A DNA stretch of 64,000 nucleotides from Octopus sinensis (GCF_006345805.1 NC_043007.1:61504001-61568000); one strand, 5' to 3'; counted from the stretch's first letter, positions 27,101 to 39,969 are shown. Notes: a model not told the origin generated them from the sequence alone. Numbers and translations: made by a program.

Positions 27101-27971
27101 CTGAAAGAAAAGATACAAAAAAAAAAAAAGAAACCCAGAATTACACGAAGATTTTGAATAGAGTGTCATTCCATAAGAAGCAGTAATTTAGTTCATAAGA
27201 TATTAGCATGTCAAATGAGACGACATCATGTGTGTTGCCATTTTTGAAATCAAGTCAAACTATAGACAAGAAAACTGAAATGTTTACCACAGTCCAAGAC
27301 TTGTCTAACAAAAGAAACGTGTGAAGTATAAATTTTTGAAATGAATCAATGACTGCGGAACGTTGGTCATTGAAACAGATAATGCAAACAAAAGAGCGAG
27401 ATCATATGAGATCAACATTCTAAGATCCTGTCTTAGAATTCAAATTGGCATTTATTTATAGTTACAGTTTATTTTAGTATTTAACTTCTGCAGGGAGGAC
27501 ATACTTTGTGATGCCCACGACACTTATAGTAATAGAATCCATTGAAGTCCTGACTTTCGCAACACCACATAACGACTCACACAGCAACCACACGAGGGAA
27601 TCAAGAAATTAGTATCACAAGAATATAATAGATTAAGATAGCCCAAATTATTAAGCACCATTTGTTCTAAATGGAACGAGAGTTTAGAATTTAAACTCAT
27701 TTTTTCCAACGCATGTTTCAAATAATTTTGTTTTGTAAACAAAATATTTGTTCCAATCCGAAAATTATGCTTCACAATAGAACACCAATTTTGTTAGAAT
27801 ACGAAGAAAGGAAAGAAGTATATTGGAGGATGATTTTAAAATTAGTATCAGTGCATGTTACTAATGTTACCAAGCTCGTCTTTTTATAATTCGTAGAGGA
27901 ATTGAAAGTTCGGCAAGACTTTTAGACGCAATTCTGTGCAAGGTCTTCTATAAATAACTTTTAGTTATTAC

Positions 27972-28142
27972 CTGCTATTGTTGGAGAACACACTGGCTTT
28001 TTGGTACATATTACTGCACCTTTTCTTTTGCAACTGCATTCATTACATTTATCTTCGGCTGTGAACGTTTCCCCAAGTACATAAGTGCGTCCTTTGTAGC
28101 GGCATACAGCGAAAATGTTGATCTTTCTTTCACCACCAGATT
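27972..28142 (-). CDS. Cys-rich repeat exon D7
   Basis: ttatcttacag|AA ... GCA G|gtaata; 171 nt. SGGERKINIFAVCRYKGRTYVLGETFTAEDKCNECSCKRKGAVICTKKPVCSPTIA. Confidence 0.9.
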
Positions 28143-28662
28143 CTGTAAGATAAGCTGTATACAAATTCCGTATGAATTTAGGGGCTATAAAATACACCCC
28201 ACCTCACGAAAAAAAGAATAATTCACTTCATCATTCTTGTAATTGTAAAATAACGAGATAATATCATACGCGTACATTGTCTCTGGGATTGTTGAGAAAA
28301 AAATAGACAGGAAAAGTTAACTGTTTACTTAATTCCGTGTCTCTGACCGTATCGACGCAGTATATAAGAATTCATAGAATTAAACGTGTAAGAGCACGGC
28401 TAAGAACACACAACAGCCATTTTAATTCTCTTTGTTTTTCAAAATTGTTTTCAATATAGACTTCAAAATATTTTCGTTCCGTTAACAGAAATCTAAATAC
28501 GGCAAAAACAACTATGAGACAGCTTTTTAAATCACTGTTAGGAGGTTGTCAGAATGATGCCAAACTATATTTCATATTTTAGGTGCGATTTAAAATCACA
28601 AGATTCTCTCATTTAGAAACAAACTTAATACTTAAAGTATGGAAGAAAGACTGTTAAAGTGT

Positions 28663-29060
28663 AGGAGTGGCTGTGTGGTAAGTAGCTTGCTTATGAACCA
28701 TATGGTTCCAGGTTCAGTACCACTGCGTGGCACCTTGGGCAAGTGTCTTCTACTATAGCCTCGGGCCGACCAAAGCCTTGTGAGTGAATTTGGTAGATGG
28801 AAACTGAAAGAAGCTCGTTCTATATATGTATATATGTATGTGTGTGTATATGTTTGTGTGTCTGTGTTTGTCCCCACCAACATCGCTTGACAACAGATGT
28901 TGGTGTGTTTACGTCCCCTAACTTAGCGGTTCAGCAAAAGAGACCGATAGAATAAGTACTAGGCTTACAAAGAATAAGTCATGGGGTCGATTTGTTCGAC
29001 TAAAGGTGGTGCTCCAGCATGGCCACAGTCAAATGACTGAAACAAGTAAAAGAGTAAAAG
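28663..29060 (+). mobile_element. tRNA-derived SINE family B, intact
   Basis: GGAGTGGCTGTGTGGTAAG...GGTTCAGTACCACTGCG head, central (TA/TG)n, tail ending GAAACAAGTAAAAGAGTAAAAG. Confidence 0.8.
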
Positions 29061-29227
29061 TGTGAGCTAGACGTAGCTTCAAGTTAAGGTTAGAGAAAGA
29101 GAGAGGTAAAAGAGTTGTAGTAAAGAGTTGTAGTAAGTCACAAAATCTCATAGGGAGTAGTAGTGGAGAGAAAAATTGGAACAGTGGCATACATGCAGTC
29201 GCTCGACTTACAAATCAAATACTATAC

Positions 29228-30070
29228 TAGGGTGTGCCCAAAAGAAATCGAAATTTTGCAATATCATTTTATTCACTTAGTTTTACACGTTTACACTTTT
29301 ATCGATTTCTAAGTATTCTCCATTTGTAGCAATGCATCAACCCAGGCGCCTTTTCCACTATTCGAAGCAGTAGAGGAACTCTTGCGAAGTGATGCTTTTT
29401 AACACCTTCGTCGTTTTTTTCTTCACCTCTTTCACATCTGCAAGTTCCGTAGCAGCAACTTTCGTCATCAATGATAACCTTCGAAAAGAAAGGTCCGGAT
29501 CAACTTCCAATTTTTCTATCATTTAACGAAATACATTCACCCGTGACTGCTTTTGATCTTCCGAGAGCAAGCGAGGCACAAATTTTGCTGCAACTCTTTT
29601 CATTCACTATTCCTTGCTCAAAATTCGTTGGCAGGAGCTCCAGGACACACCAGTCATATCAACCAATTCGTCAATTGTTCGGTAACAGCCCTCCAAGAAC
29701 AGTTCATGAATTTTCATGATGGTTTCATTCCTTCAGGGAGGTCGACGGTCTTCCTGAACGACGTTTATCCTCAAGCGACAAGTGACTCTTCCTAAAGCAT
29801 GAAAACCACTCACGTCCTTGTGAGTTGTTTGAAGTATGTCAATTGTTTCGCCGCTGTTTTCCCCAGCATAAAACAGAATTTCACGGAAGCATGCTGTTCC
29901 TTCGTTTCAGCCATCACAAAAATCGACTAACAGGGGAGAACATCGCAAAACAAAGACGCATCACGTGGCAGTACGACCCGACGACGTCGGTGAGTAGGCT
30001 GATCCCTGAGGGTCGCATCAAGTGGGTTCCAACGGTGGAAAGCCTGAATTACAACGAGCTTGTCCCTCAG
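29228..30070 (-). mobile_element. mariner-like element remnant
   Basis: TA-flanked terminus and decayed transposase N-terminal/HTH-like segments; no intact ORF. Confidence 0.45.
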
Positions 30071-30111
30071 AGAACATTTCCAGTTGCTATTGAGTACCTC
30101 TTCGTATGTGC

Positions 30112-30151
<40 letters not shown>

Positions 30152-30844
30152 CTGTTTGTGTTTTTCCCTTGCAACCGCTTGACAACCGGTGTTGGTGTAT
30201 TTACGCAACTTGGCATTTTGGTAAAGATACTGATAGAATAAGTACTAGGCTTAGAAGAAAAAAAAGGTTCTAAAATTTTTGAAGGCGGTACTTCAGTATG
30301 GCCACAGTCTAATGACTGAAATAAGTAAAAGAGAAAAGAGATATGATGTATATGTTCATGTATATGAATGTGTGAATATGTTCAAAGACGCTCTCCAGTA
30401 GTTATGGGCAGTGCCCATGACCTTTCACAGAGCCAATGAGACAAATAGGAGAGAAGGACAGAAGTGTCCTCAGACGACATCTGACCCGAATGCTTGCAAC
30501 AAAGTAGACTCTACTAAAGAAATCCAAAATGCTACCTGGTGTTGATCTTAAACCATGAGACGAATTAAACATACAATATGCTACTATGCATAGAGCACTT
30601 ACTTATATACATACAAAAGCCAATGAAAGTGTCACAATTTAGTTGATTTGATATACTAGAAGTAATGGTAAAGTCTCTTTCATATAATAATCTTAAACAT
30701 AGTGCATCTGAAAAGAGTCGAGATGGTTTACACATTTGTACACAAAAACGTGCTCAAGTAAATATACATTTATTCATGTCATAAGATACACTTATGAATG
30801 TGTATTGAGTGCATACTGAAGTACACTCAGTATCATTCATATAT

Positions 30845-31150
30845 GAGACTGGCATTCCATTGATTGCGACGACGAGGGTTCCAGTCGATCCGATCAACGA
30901 GACAGCCTGCATGTGAAATTACCGTGAGAGTGGTTGAGCATGCATAACCTTAACATGGTTCTCAGGGAGACTCAGCGTGACACAGAAAGTGACGAGGCTG
31001 GCCCTTTGGTGTTAGAGGTACAGTTCATTTTTGCCAGTTGAGTGGACGGAGCAACGAGAAATAAAGTGTCTTGCTGCAAGGTACATCACATCGCCGGGAA
31101 TTGAACACACGACTTTACGATCGTGAGCTGAATACCCTAACCACTAAATT
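30845..31150 (-). mobile_element. SINE family A-related copy
   Basis: Shares GGAGCAACG.GAAATAAAGTGTCTTGC...ACCACTA with 1486-1810. Confidence 0.6.
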
Positions 31151-31271
31151 AAAGCAATTACATGATCCAGCAAACCTTAGTTCACCTTGAACACCAATAC
31201 TATACATACTGCTATAAACACACACATACACACATATCTATAACATGACAGAAATACTTATCATATATATA

Positions 31272-31325
<54 letters not shown>

Positions 31326-31327
<2 letters not shown>

Positions 31328-31488
31328 ATCAAAACAATTTGATTCAAATTCGTTGGTGCTCTTGAGTTTCAAGTGTAATGCTAGTCTTCAGTCATTTTGC
31401 ATTTGAATTCAAATTCAAAATGGCTGAATACTAGCATCGCACTTGAAACTCAGAGTACCAACGAATTTGAATCAAACTATTTTGAGCC
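31326..31488. repeat. 163-bp near-perfect palindrome (foldback MITE)
   Basis: Left arm GGATCAAAACAATTTGATTCAAATTCGTTGG...CATTTTG is the reverse complement of right arm CAAAATGG...TTTTGAGCC; lies in a (TA)n context. Confidence 0.85.
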
Positions 31489-31543
31489 ATACATCTAACT
31501 CCCAATAAATTTGTTGAGTGCCCTTCTTTTGTTTGTCCCCCCA

Positions 31544-31615
<72 letters not shown>

Positions 31616-31937
31616 AGCTTAAAAGCCGCACTCTGCGATCTTTTAACCTAGCTTCTGCGGAGGGCTAATAAGGCCTGCAGCCCAAAACTAAAGAGGGCTA
31701 AATAGCATGACTATAATACGTCTATAATGACTATACGTCTCGGTGGTGTTTGATCAAAGATTAAGGACGGATGAGAATTAATTCTGTAAAGCAGCCATTC
31801 TATTGTTCCAGTTCCACATTGAATTCCTACTGATTTTCAATCCCAGGATCATTCTGATTCCAAAAGGGTATAATATGTCTACGCAGAGCATATGTAGAGT
31901 GAGATACAGGGATCCCGGAAAGAAAGAATTTCGCGAC

Positions 31938-31985
<48 letters not shown>

Positions 31986-31986
<1 letters not shown>

Positions 31987-32536
31987 GAGTGAGAGAGCAG
32001 TGCATGTCATCAAAGTAACACTGGTGCAAAATATACGAAGCCCAGTATACCCATCATGACTACCCGTCTGATAAGGGTACACTAGGCACATGCATCACAA
32101 CCATATGTGCGTGACATGGTGATCTCATATCAAGATAAACAGCACATGACCTTGTAGGTGGGGCCCAGTTAGAATTTTCTTCTGGTCGAGTTACCCATCC
32201 CTTTCAAAAGGTCCCTGAATAAGGGTTGTTTAAGGATGTTGAACGAACCACCCATGTTTCCAGAGGTGAATTATTCAAACCCCAAAGAATCCCTCTCAAC
32301 ACATGGCTATGATGCTCCCCCACTACTTCTGCTCGTGACCAGAGATGCACATATCGTCAGCCACTAAGGGACATGATCAGCTGGTTAAGGTCAAACAACT
32401 GAGAAGCAAATCTGTGGTATTGAGCAGAATATTTGCTGCAGCCCATCTTTTATACCAAGACAAAGCTACATGATAACACTTCCAATCAGTTAAGATCAGA
32501 ATCCATGAGAGCCACTGCCTGGTACTGCATCAGGGC

Positions 32537-32545
<9 letters not shown>
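31986..32545 (-). repeat. About 560-bp (AAT)n-associated dispersed repeat, inverted copy
   Basis: Reverse complement of 59125-59690. Confidence 0.8.
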
Positions 32546-32574
<29 letters not shown>

Positions 32575-32579
32575 TATTA

Positions 32580-32640
<61 letters not shown>

Positions 32641-32707
32641 CATTACCATTATCATTATCATCATCATTATTATTATTATTATTATTATTAATATACATAC
32701 ATACATG

Positions 32708-33025
32708 AAAGACTCCCTTCTGCCATGGATGACCATGGGATTGCACCTAGAAAGTTACCCTCTGAGGTACAAGTCAAGTCTGGGCCAAGTTGTTTTATAG
32801 AAGACCAGCAATCACCCATGCATACCAGCTTTCCTTCTCCACTGATGTTTTCCAAGGGAAAGGCAAATGTCGATACAGTTTGGCACCAGTGACGTCGCAC
32901 CAGTGAACTCTGGAGCAACGTGAAAATAAAGTGTCTAGCTCAAGAACACAACACATAACCCGGTCCTGGAATGGAACTCACAACCTCACGATTGTGAGCC
33001 CGATAATCTTACCATTGAGCCAATT
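32708..33025 (-). mobile_element. SINE family A
   Basis: Matches 18390-18719. Confidence 0.75.
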
Positions 33026-33071
33026 GCTCTCACACACATGTACACACATACACACATGTACACACGCACAC

Positions 33072-33140
<69 letters not shown>

Positions 33141-33159
33141 ACACACACACACACATGTA

Positions 33160-34169
33160 CTAGCGAAACTCCCGGCCTTCGGTTCGGTCTGTACTGTGTT
33201 AAAATGCATTCATAAGGTACATATTGACAGCTATCGTAATGCCCATTTTCCTTACAATAAAAGTTGTAAAAGAGTATTTAAATATTGCATGACAAAATTT
33301 TAAGGATTTATTTACAATATCTATATACAAAGAGTAATAAAGATAATAATAGAGAAATGTATTGTACAACAATTACAAAACATTTACGGAACTTCAGTAT
33401 ATACAATGTTTTTAACTTTTTACGTTGGAGCATATATGAAGAGTTTCTGTGGGCTTCCTACATACAACTGGCCATGTGAGAAACAACCCTCTTCTAGATG
33501 GAGACAGACATCCTGCAGTGTTAGACCTTGGGACTTATTAATGGTCAATGCATAACTGACTCTGACTGGGAATTGCAATCGTTTGAAACGAAAGGGGACA
33601 TCTGTTTGTGATATTCTAGGTATAAATACAATGTCTCCGTTACCACACCCAGTGAGAATTTTTGCTTCGATAATGTGAGGCTGTAATCCAGTCACAATCA
33701 TACGTGTACCATAGCACAACCTTGGCTGATCCAGGTTTCTGAGAAGCACGATGGCTGCGCCCTTCTTCAATTCAAGTTGGGTGGCGGCAAACAGGACGGT
33801 TCCACACTGTTGAGGAATTCAACAGAATAATGAACAGTATCGTCCTCGTGAACAACTTTGTCGATAGATTTATAGATATAGTTATCTCCATCTCCCCTCT
33901 GTCACACTTGTTTTTTCTCCCTAACCCACTTTCTATCTGTCTCATATTTTATCTCTAGAGAGAAAAAGAGGTAGAGGTAGTGAGAGAGAGACACACATAT
34001 GCAACTAGAGTGAGAGAGAGAGGGACATATATATATAAAGAGAAAGCAGAGGTCCGGCATCTCACTTGTTTTTTCTTCGTAAGCCCCTTTCTCTGTCTAT
34101 CTCGCATGTGTTTTTTTCTCTAGAGAGAAAAAGAGGTAGAGGTCGTGAGAGAGACATACACATACTATC

Positions 34170-34200
<31 letters not shown>

Positions 34201-34559
34201 TAATGAAAGAGATAGAGACATAGAGAGGGACATATAGAAAGCAGAGGTCCGGCGGTGACTTCAAAGGAATAAATATAACGTATTAAGTTAGAGAAAGTTG
34301 GGAGTGGATTGAGTGGTAGGTAGAGTACTTTTTCGCTATAAAAACATTATGGTGAAATAGGCAGTAAGTGGATTGCTAGAAATAGGAGCCAATACACCAT
34401 CAACTGCCCCCCCCCCGATCCGTTTTCGGAAAATAAGTGCACAGTTATCTGCGGAATGGTGAAATCAATTTAAATGACACGAAAAACTTGAAATATCAAT
34501 TTTATTTAGTGTTTTCATTGGTCAACGTACAATCAAACAAATTTTGCTTTTTATAAGGA
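33160..34559 (-). mobile_element. Non-autonomous Helitron with PIF1-like helicase remnant
   Basis: Minus strand A|TCCTTATAAAAAG ... CCGAACCGAAGGCCGG (imperfect hairpin)-GAGTTTCG-CTAG|T; internal LLRNLDQPRLCYGTR...RLQFPVRVSYALTINKSQGLTL (33420-33890). Confidence 0.75.
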
Positions 34560-35051
34560 TATATATATAAACACTCGCACTTGAATATGCACGCCCTGTC
34601 TCTCACATTCACTCACGCATTCACTCACGCATTCACTCACACACATACTCACAGGATTGGGGTTTGGGTTATGTTTTAAGGCTACAGTTTAGGAGTTGGG
34701 ATTTAGGGATAGGGTTATTTTAGAAGCTAGGGTTTGAGGTTCGGGTTTGAAGTGGGGGATTGAAAAAAACCCTGAATTTATAGATTTTCTTCACAATTGC
34801 AATCACAACTGTAATTTGTTTAGAATATAGAAATCCAGAGGAAAAAATAGTGTTGTTTAATCCGAAATTTTCCGCTCACATTTAACCAAAAAGCATTGCA
34901 ATAATTTAATTATTTTGTGAAGCTAACATTAATTTCTTGAATTTTGATCCCAACCAACACTGAATATTTCGGCTAGCTATTTATGTAATGATGTTCAAAT
35001 TTAAACATATAATCGTCAGTACGTGTTTTTACAAAAGTTTTTCAATATTAC

Positions 35052-35222
35052 CTTCCTTTTGTGGGGGTGGGCATGTCTGTTTGGTACATATTATAATGCC
35101 TTGAGGCTTGCAGCTGCAACGATTACATTTATCTATAGCGACAAATATCTGTCCAATTATGTATACTTGTCCATTATAACGGCAAACTGAGGAAGATTTC
35201 CTGCTCTTCTGCGCTGTATTTT
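35052..35222 (-). CDS. Cys-rich repeat exon D6 (not in ORF track)
   Basis: tttgtttcag|AA ... GAA G|gtaata; 171 nt. NTAQKSRKSSSVCRYNGQVYIIGQIFVAIDKCNRCSCKPQGIIICTKQTCPPPQKE. Confidence 0.88.
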
Positions 35223-35835
35223 CTGAAACAAATTTTATAAAAAATTCAACAAAATTTCAGTTTGCTACCTTCTATACAAAATATACATCGGTTATTGGAG
35301 CAGGCAATAGAAAATAGAATGCTTCCTGTTTATTGTATTTATGTTCTTGACCTTTTCCTTGACGCCTTTGCTCGTTGTCAACGTTGCCGTCAATTCTTTG
35401 ATAGTTCTACTGCTTTACATGTGGAGGTAGTTTAGTTTGAGAATTGGTGAGCTGTAATTTCTAATGTAAATTGTAAGAGATGTATGTATGCATGTATGTA
35501 TGTATGTATGTATGTGTATGTATGTATGTATGTATGTATGTATGTATGTATGTATGTATGCATGTATGTATGTATGAACGCCCCACTTTGAAATATATAT
35601 ATATATATATATATATATCATTCAGATTTATTAAAACTATCCCTATTTCTGGAGGTGGCAATTCGTACTAACTGTAAACGAGAAGGTGAATCGAGAATTT
35701 AACAAAACTGACATTACATTAAAGAAAAGACTGTCTGGGTGCCTGACGACATGAGGACGCTATGGATACATATTTCTAGAATAATTTAGCATATAATTTT
35801 CAAATATATTTTACTTCCAAAATAACAAGTATTAC

Positions 35836-35976
35836 CTTGACATTTCTCTTTGGCACATACTATTTTTCCTTTGGATTTGCAGCTGCACTGATTGCATTTA
35901 TCTGTGGCAAGGAACGTCTGTCCAAATACATATGATTTCCCATTGTAGCGGCACTCTACAGTAATGTCGATTTTTT
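35836..35976 (-). CDS. Cys-rich repeat exon D5 (not in ORF track; 5' end ambiguous, 35976 or 35979)
   Basis: Manual translation KIDITVECRYNGKSYVFGQTFLATDKCNQCSCKSKGKIVCAKEKCQ; donor CAA G|gtaata; tandem CAGCAG acceptor gives 141 or 144 nt, both phase 1. Confidence 0.8.
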
Positions 35977-36298
35977 CTGCTGCTCTCGCAAAAAAGGAAA
36001 TAAAATAAATGTTTTAAACAAATTAAATAAAACTTTGAATACAGCACCCTCTCCCCAGAAGATAATAGACAAGAGATTAACTGGTTGAGTAGTTTGTGAC
36101 ACAGACAAGAGGGATGAAATAGAAGAGTAACAAGAGATGATGAGAGTAAAAGAGGAGAGTGAGAAACAAGAAATAAGCCCGACAATTAAGAATTAAAAGT
36201 ACTGTAAACCTTCATTTAGACGTAAACGATATATTTTATATAAAACAATGAACATAGCATTCAGTGTCAGATATTCCATAAATATCTTTTAGTATTAC

Positions 36299-36466
36299 CT
36301 TGCATTTTTTGAGGGGCGCATGTTTTCTTGCCACAACTTATAACTCCTTTGTTCTTGCAGCTGCACTGATTACACTTATCTACGGATGGGAACGTTTGTC
36401 CAAATATATATATGCGTCCATTGTAGCGGCATTCAGCGTAAAGGTTGACCTTTTCTGTTGTAGTTT
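36299..36466 (-). CDS. Cys-rich repeat exon D4
   Basis: catcttttag|AA ... CAA G|gtaata; 168 nt. TTTEKVNLYAECRYNGRIYIFGQTFPSVDKCNQCSCKNKGVISCGKKTCAPQKMQ. Confidence 0.9.
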
Positions 36467-37065
36467 CTAAAAGATGTGCTTTATATAAAAAAAGAAAAAA
36501 AAAGTGTGATTGTTGACGATCCAAGTGACGCCCCACACCCACGAAGAAAAGAAACATTCAGCTCATTACCCTCGTATATGTAAGACAATGAGATAATATA
36601 TTTACATTGTTTCTTTCCGTATCTAACAAAATACCCACAATATAACAAATTATTAATATGATTAAACGACCAGAGTTAGTGCTTTGTAAGAAAACAAAAA
36701 CTACACATTTCATATTATACTTTGAAAAGCATTTTTAGGAAGTACAAATCTCAAAGTCAAAATCAATTTTCATTAGATCACCATTAAAGGAAGTAATTTA
36801 ATTCTAATTTATTTTTCGAAATTTTTATCTTTACTTCAAGATATTTTCGTTTCGTTAAAAGAACCCTAAATGTGGCAAAATCAAATATAGCGCAAGGCAA
36901 TTTTAAATCAGTAGCATGCTGTTCTCTGAATGACAATGACACAAAACTATATCTATTTCACATTTTATGCACTACTTAAAATTACAAGATTCTTTCATTT
37001 AGTTGCAAACAGTAAATTATATTTATTGTGCTTAGTATGTCTTATAAAAATAGCGCTGACATTAC

Positions 37066-37230
37066 CTTCACTTTGTGGAGAGCATATTTTCTGGGTACAC
37101 TCCACGTTTCCTTTGGACCTGCAGCTGCACTGATTACATTTATCTATAGAAATAAATGTCTGTCCAAATATGTATATTTTTCCATGGTAACGGCAAATTG
37201 CAGAAGTGTCGCCCTTCCTTATTGGAATTG
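37066..37230 (-). CDS. Cys-rich repeat exon D3
   Basis: tactttcag|CA ... GAA G|gtaatg; 165 nt. IPIRKGDTSAICRYHGKIYIFGQTFISIDKCNQCSCRSKGNVECTQKICSPQSE. Confidence 0.9.
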
Positions 37231-38349
37231 CTGAAAGTAAAGTTTTACAGGAATTGAGTTTTAATTTCAATATGCCACATTGCCTCAAGTATAAGCTTTT
37301 AGTCAGTTCATATGAAATGCAATATCTTAAGTATAGTTGTATCCGAAATATGGATGAAAGGTAGACATGAAACGTCAATTGTTTATGTTTTCTGGCCCTA
37401 AATGCAGCTATTGGAAGAGGCAACACTAAAATGGTAAATAAATTTAAATATAGAGAGAATGCAAGGAAATACAGTTTATTTTGAATCTGTTCAACAAATA
37501 ATACCGTAAAGCTGAGATAGTTGAGGTACTATAACAGTAATGGTGTTAAGCTCATAAGAGCTCCACTCCGCCTCCGATGTGAATACTACTTGCAATAGAT
37601 TGACATAACTACCTCTCGTCCATTTAACACCTTGGAACTGGAGGGTCGGTTCGGTTTTATGAGTTTCTGGTTACTTCAAGAGGTATTTATCTTACTTATT
37701 GATAAGACTGGAAGTTGTGTGTCACACTCTACAGGCAAAAGGCATAATCTATCAAGTTAATACATTGTTTTATGTGTATAATACTTCACAAACACCACAC
37801 AAATAATTTTATACGGCAAGCACTAATGGAATTCTAAGGTCTAACTTCCACAACACAGCGTAGTTATTATGTTAGAAACTGACTAGGTTCACACAATGAG
37901 GCACCGAGAAAATTGGAATTTTTAAATTATTAAATTATAAAAGAAATCATTAAAAAACGATGTATTAAATTTATGGTTGACCTTCGTTTTTTTTTCTTTA
38001 TTTAGTTTTAAAAACATTTCACTTCCGCTAATAATACTCTTTATCAAATCCTATTATTCTTCATAGTAGTATATCTGACTTGTTATAATATTCAGCATAT
38101 AAAACAAGACCATGGTCACCTTATTAAGGAAATTTATATTAGAAAAGATTCTGGAAACAAATGTAATGCAGAAAAATTTTCCAAACGAAATTAGGGAAAT
38201 GATTTCTATCTATGTATTTTTTTTTATTCCATGCAGGTTTGAAAATAAATTCTCACTTTGATAAGAACAATAAGATTTTTTTTATAAAACGGTGATCACA
38301 TTTATCATAGCTCAGTGCATCCTATTTCTCAAACATTTTTTAGTATTAC

Positions 38350-38511
38350 CTTTAGTTGTTGTGGCAGGGCATATAGTTTTGGTGCATACTATGTTTCCGT
38401 TGGCCTTGCAACCGCACTGATTACATTTATCTACAGCTGTGAACGTTTGTCCAAATATATATATTTGTCCATTGTAGCGGCATACTGAGGAAGTTTTCTT
38501 CTGTCTTGATT
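38350..38511 (-). CDS. Cys-rich repeat exon D2
   Basis: ttctttcag|AA ... AAA G|gtaata; 162 nt. SRQKKTSSVCRYNGQIYIFGQTFTAVDKCNQCGCKANGNIVCTKTICPATTTK. Confidence 0.9.
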
Positions 38512-38835
38512 CTGAAAGAATTGTTTTACACGAATTCAATATGAACTGAAGATCCGCTTTCTTACTTCCTTAAAAATATTTTGTCAGCTCATCTTGCTTT
38601 AATCTATTTCTGTCTATCCTATGCACTTGTCTCTGAGATGAAGCCAAATGACAGACACGAAAGGTGAATTATTGTTTAACTTAGTTCATCACACAAAAAA
38701 GATGTCACATAACGAATGGCAATGACTACAATCTTGTTGTTTTGCATTGAAATACGTTCATCGTAAGTGCTGAACTCAAAGTCAAGATCATCAATGTCAG
38801 CAGCAAATAACACTAAAAGAAAAGAGCACACTTAC

Positions 38836-39009
38836 TTTCAGCATTGCATTTTTTCTTTGTGCAAATGATTTCTTTAGAAAGCATACAGTAACACGTGTCG
38901 CAGCCGTTGATAGACATGAATTTGACACCAATTTTATAAACAACATTATTGTAGGTGCACGACTCAGACAAGTATATCTTCTTTGTAGTGGATAAAGAAC
39001 GTTTCATTG
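38836..39009 (-). CDS. Cys-rich repeat exon D1 (5'-most, divergent pacifastin-like/half-VWC module)
   Basis: Acceptor tttattatag|CA ATG, donor GAA A|gtaagt; 174 nt, phase 1-1. Peptide MKRSLSTTKKIYLSESCTYNNVVYKIGVKFMSINGCDTCYCMLSKEIICTKKKCNAE has 6 Cys with the family spacing. Confidence 0.8.
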
Positions 39010-39907
39010 CTATAATAAATGACAAAAATACCAACCCCCCAAAAAACAATGTAAGACAGTAACGATTATGTTAGATGATTAATTATTTTTACAGTTGATG
39101 AAACAATGTGCTTGGATATTTATCTTTTAATTAAATATCACCGTTTACTTATCTATAATTATATAGAATTCCATATGACTTTCTACTTGATTAAATATCT
39201 GCGATATGTTATTTTTAATACGATTAGAAGTTTTGGAAATATTTAAATCATCGTTACAGTTGAAAAATACCCTAATATTTACATCGACGCTGCGTTTCGA
39301 CTTGTTTGATCGTCGATAGCTATTAGGTGTCTCATTCCTGAATGTTAAATATTAGCTGGCTGGATCTGGCTCCTGTATTTCTAAATCAAGTGAACTAACG
39401 TTATTATCCACGTGGTCACTGATGCATAATAATTTTTCATTTAAATATATTTTAAGTAAAAGACTCCACATTGATATCTTATTAGTGATGGCTTCACTGC
39501 TTGTATTTTCAACGAGTTAATTGGCGTTTTTGATTTCGCTAAGTGGTTGTCTATAAATTATGGATATATACTCCATAACGAATATGATTTCCTTTATCAT
39601 ATCATATAGTTTCAGTCATTCTCGACTTAGATCTCTCTGTTCTTTGAAAGACTTCGATATTTTTTCCTGAAACTTTAGTGTTTCTCATTATTTTAATGAG
39701 ATTTTCTGTAAATGCAAGGGAGTTATCAGTTTGTTCATGTTTGAGTTATACCTGATTAGGCTTAATTACGATGAATTTGCAACACTCTTCCATTATTTCA
39801 GAAGAGTTTAAAATTATGTCGTGTGAGGAACGAGGATGGTTTGTAGCTAGATTCATGATATCATATATGACTGACGTGTAACAACAACAACAACGATAAT
39901 AATAATA

Positions 39908-39967
<60 letters not shown>

Positions 39968-39969
39968 GC

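Noticed and set aside
39005-39049. Apparent signal peptide MFFGGLVFLSFIIA at the start of ORF 38813-39049
   Set aside because: The ORF starts at TTG, and the stretch is the T-rich acceptor region ending in TAG at 39010-39012.
39330-39870. Coding-like AT-rich stretch on the minus strand upstream of D1
   Set aside because: Stops interrupt the frames I translated, and it has no recognisable motif or hydrophobic leader.
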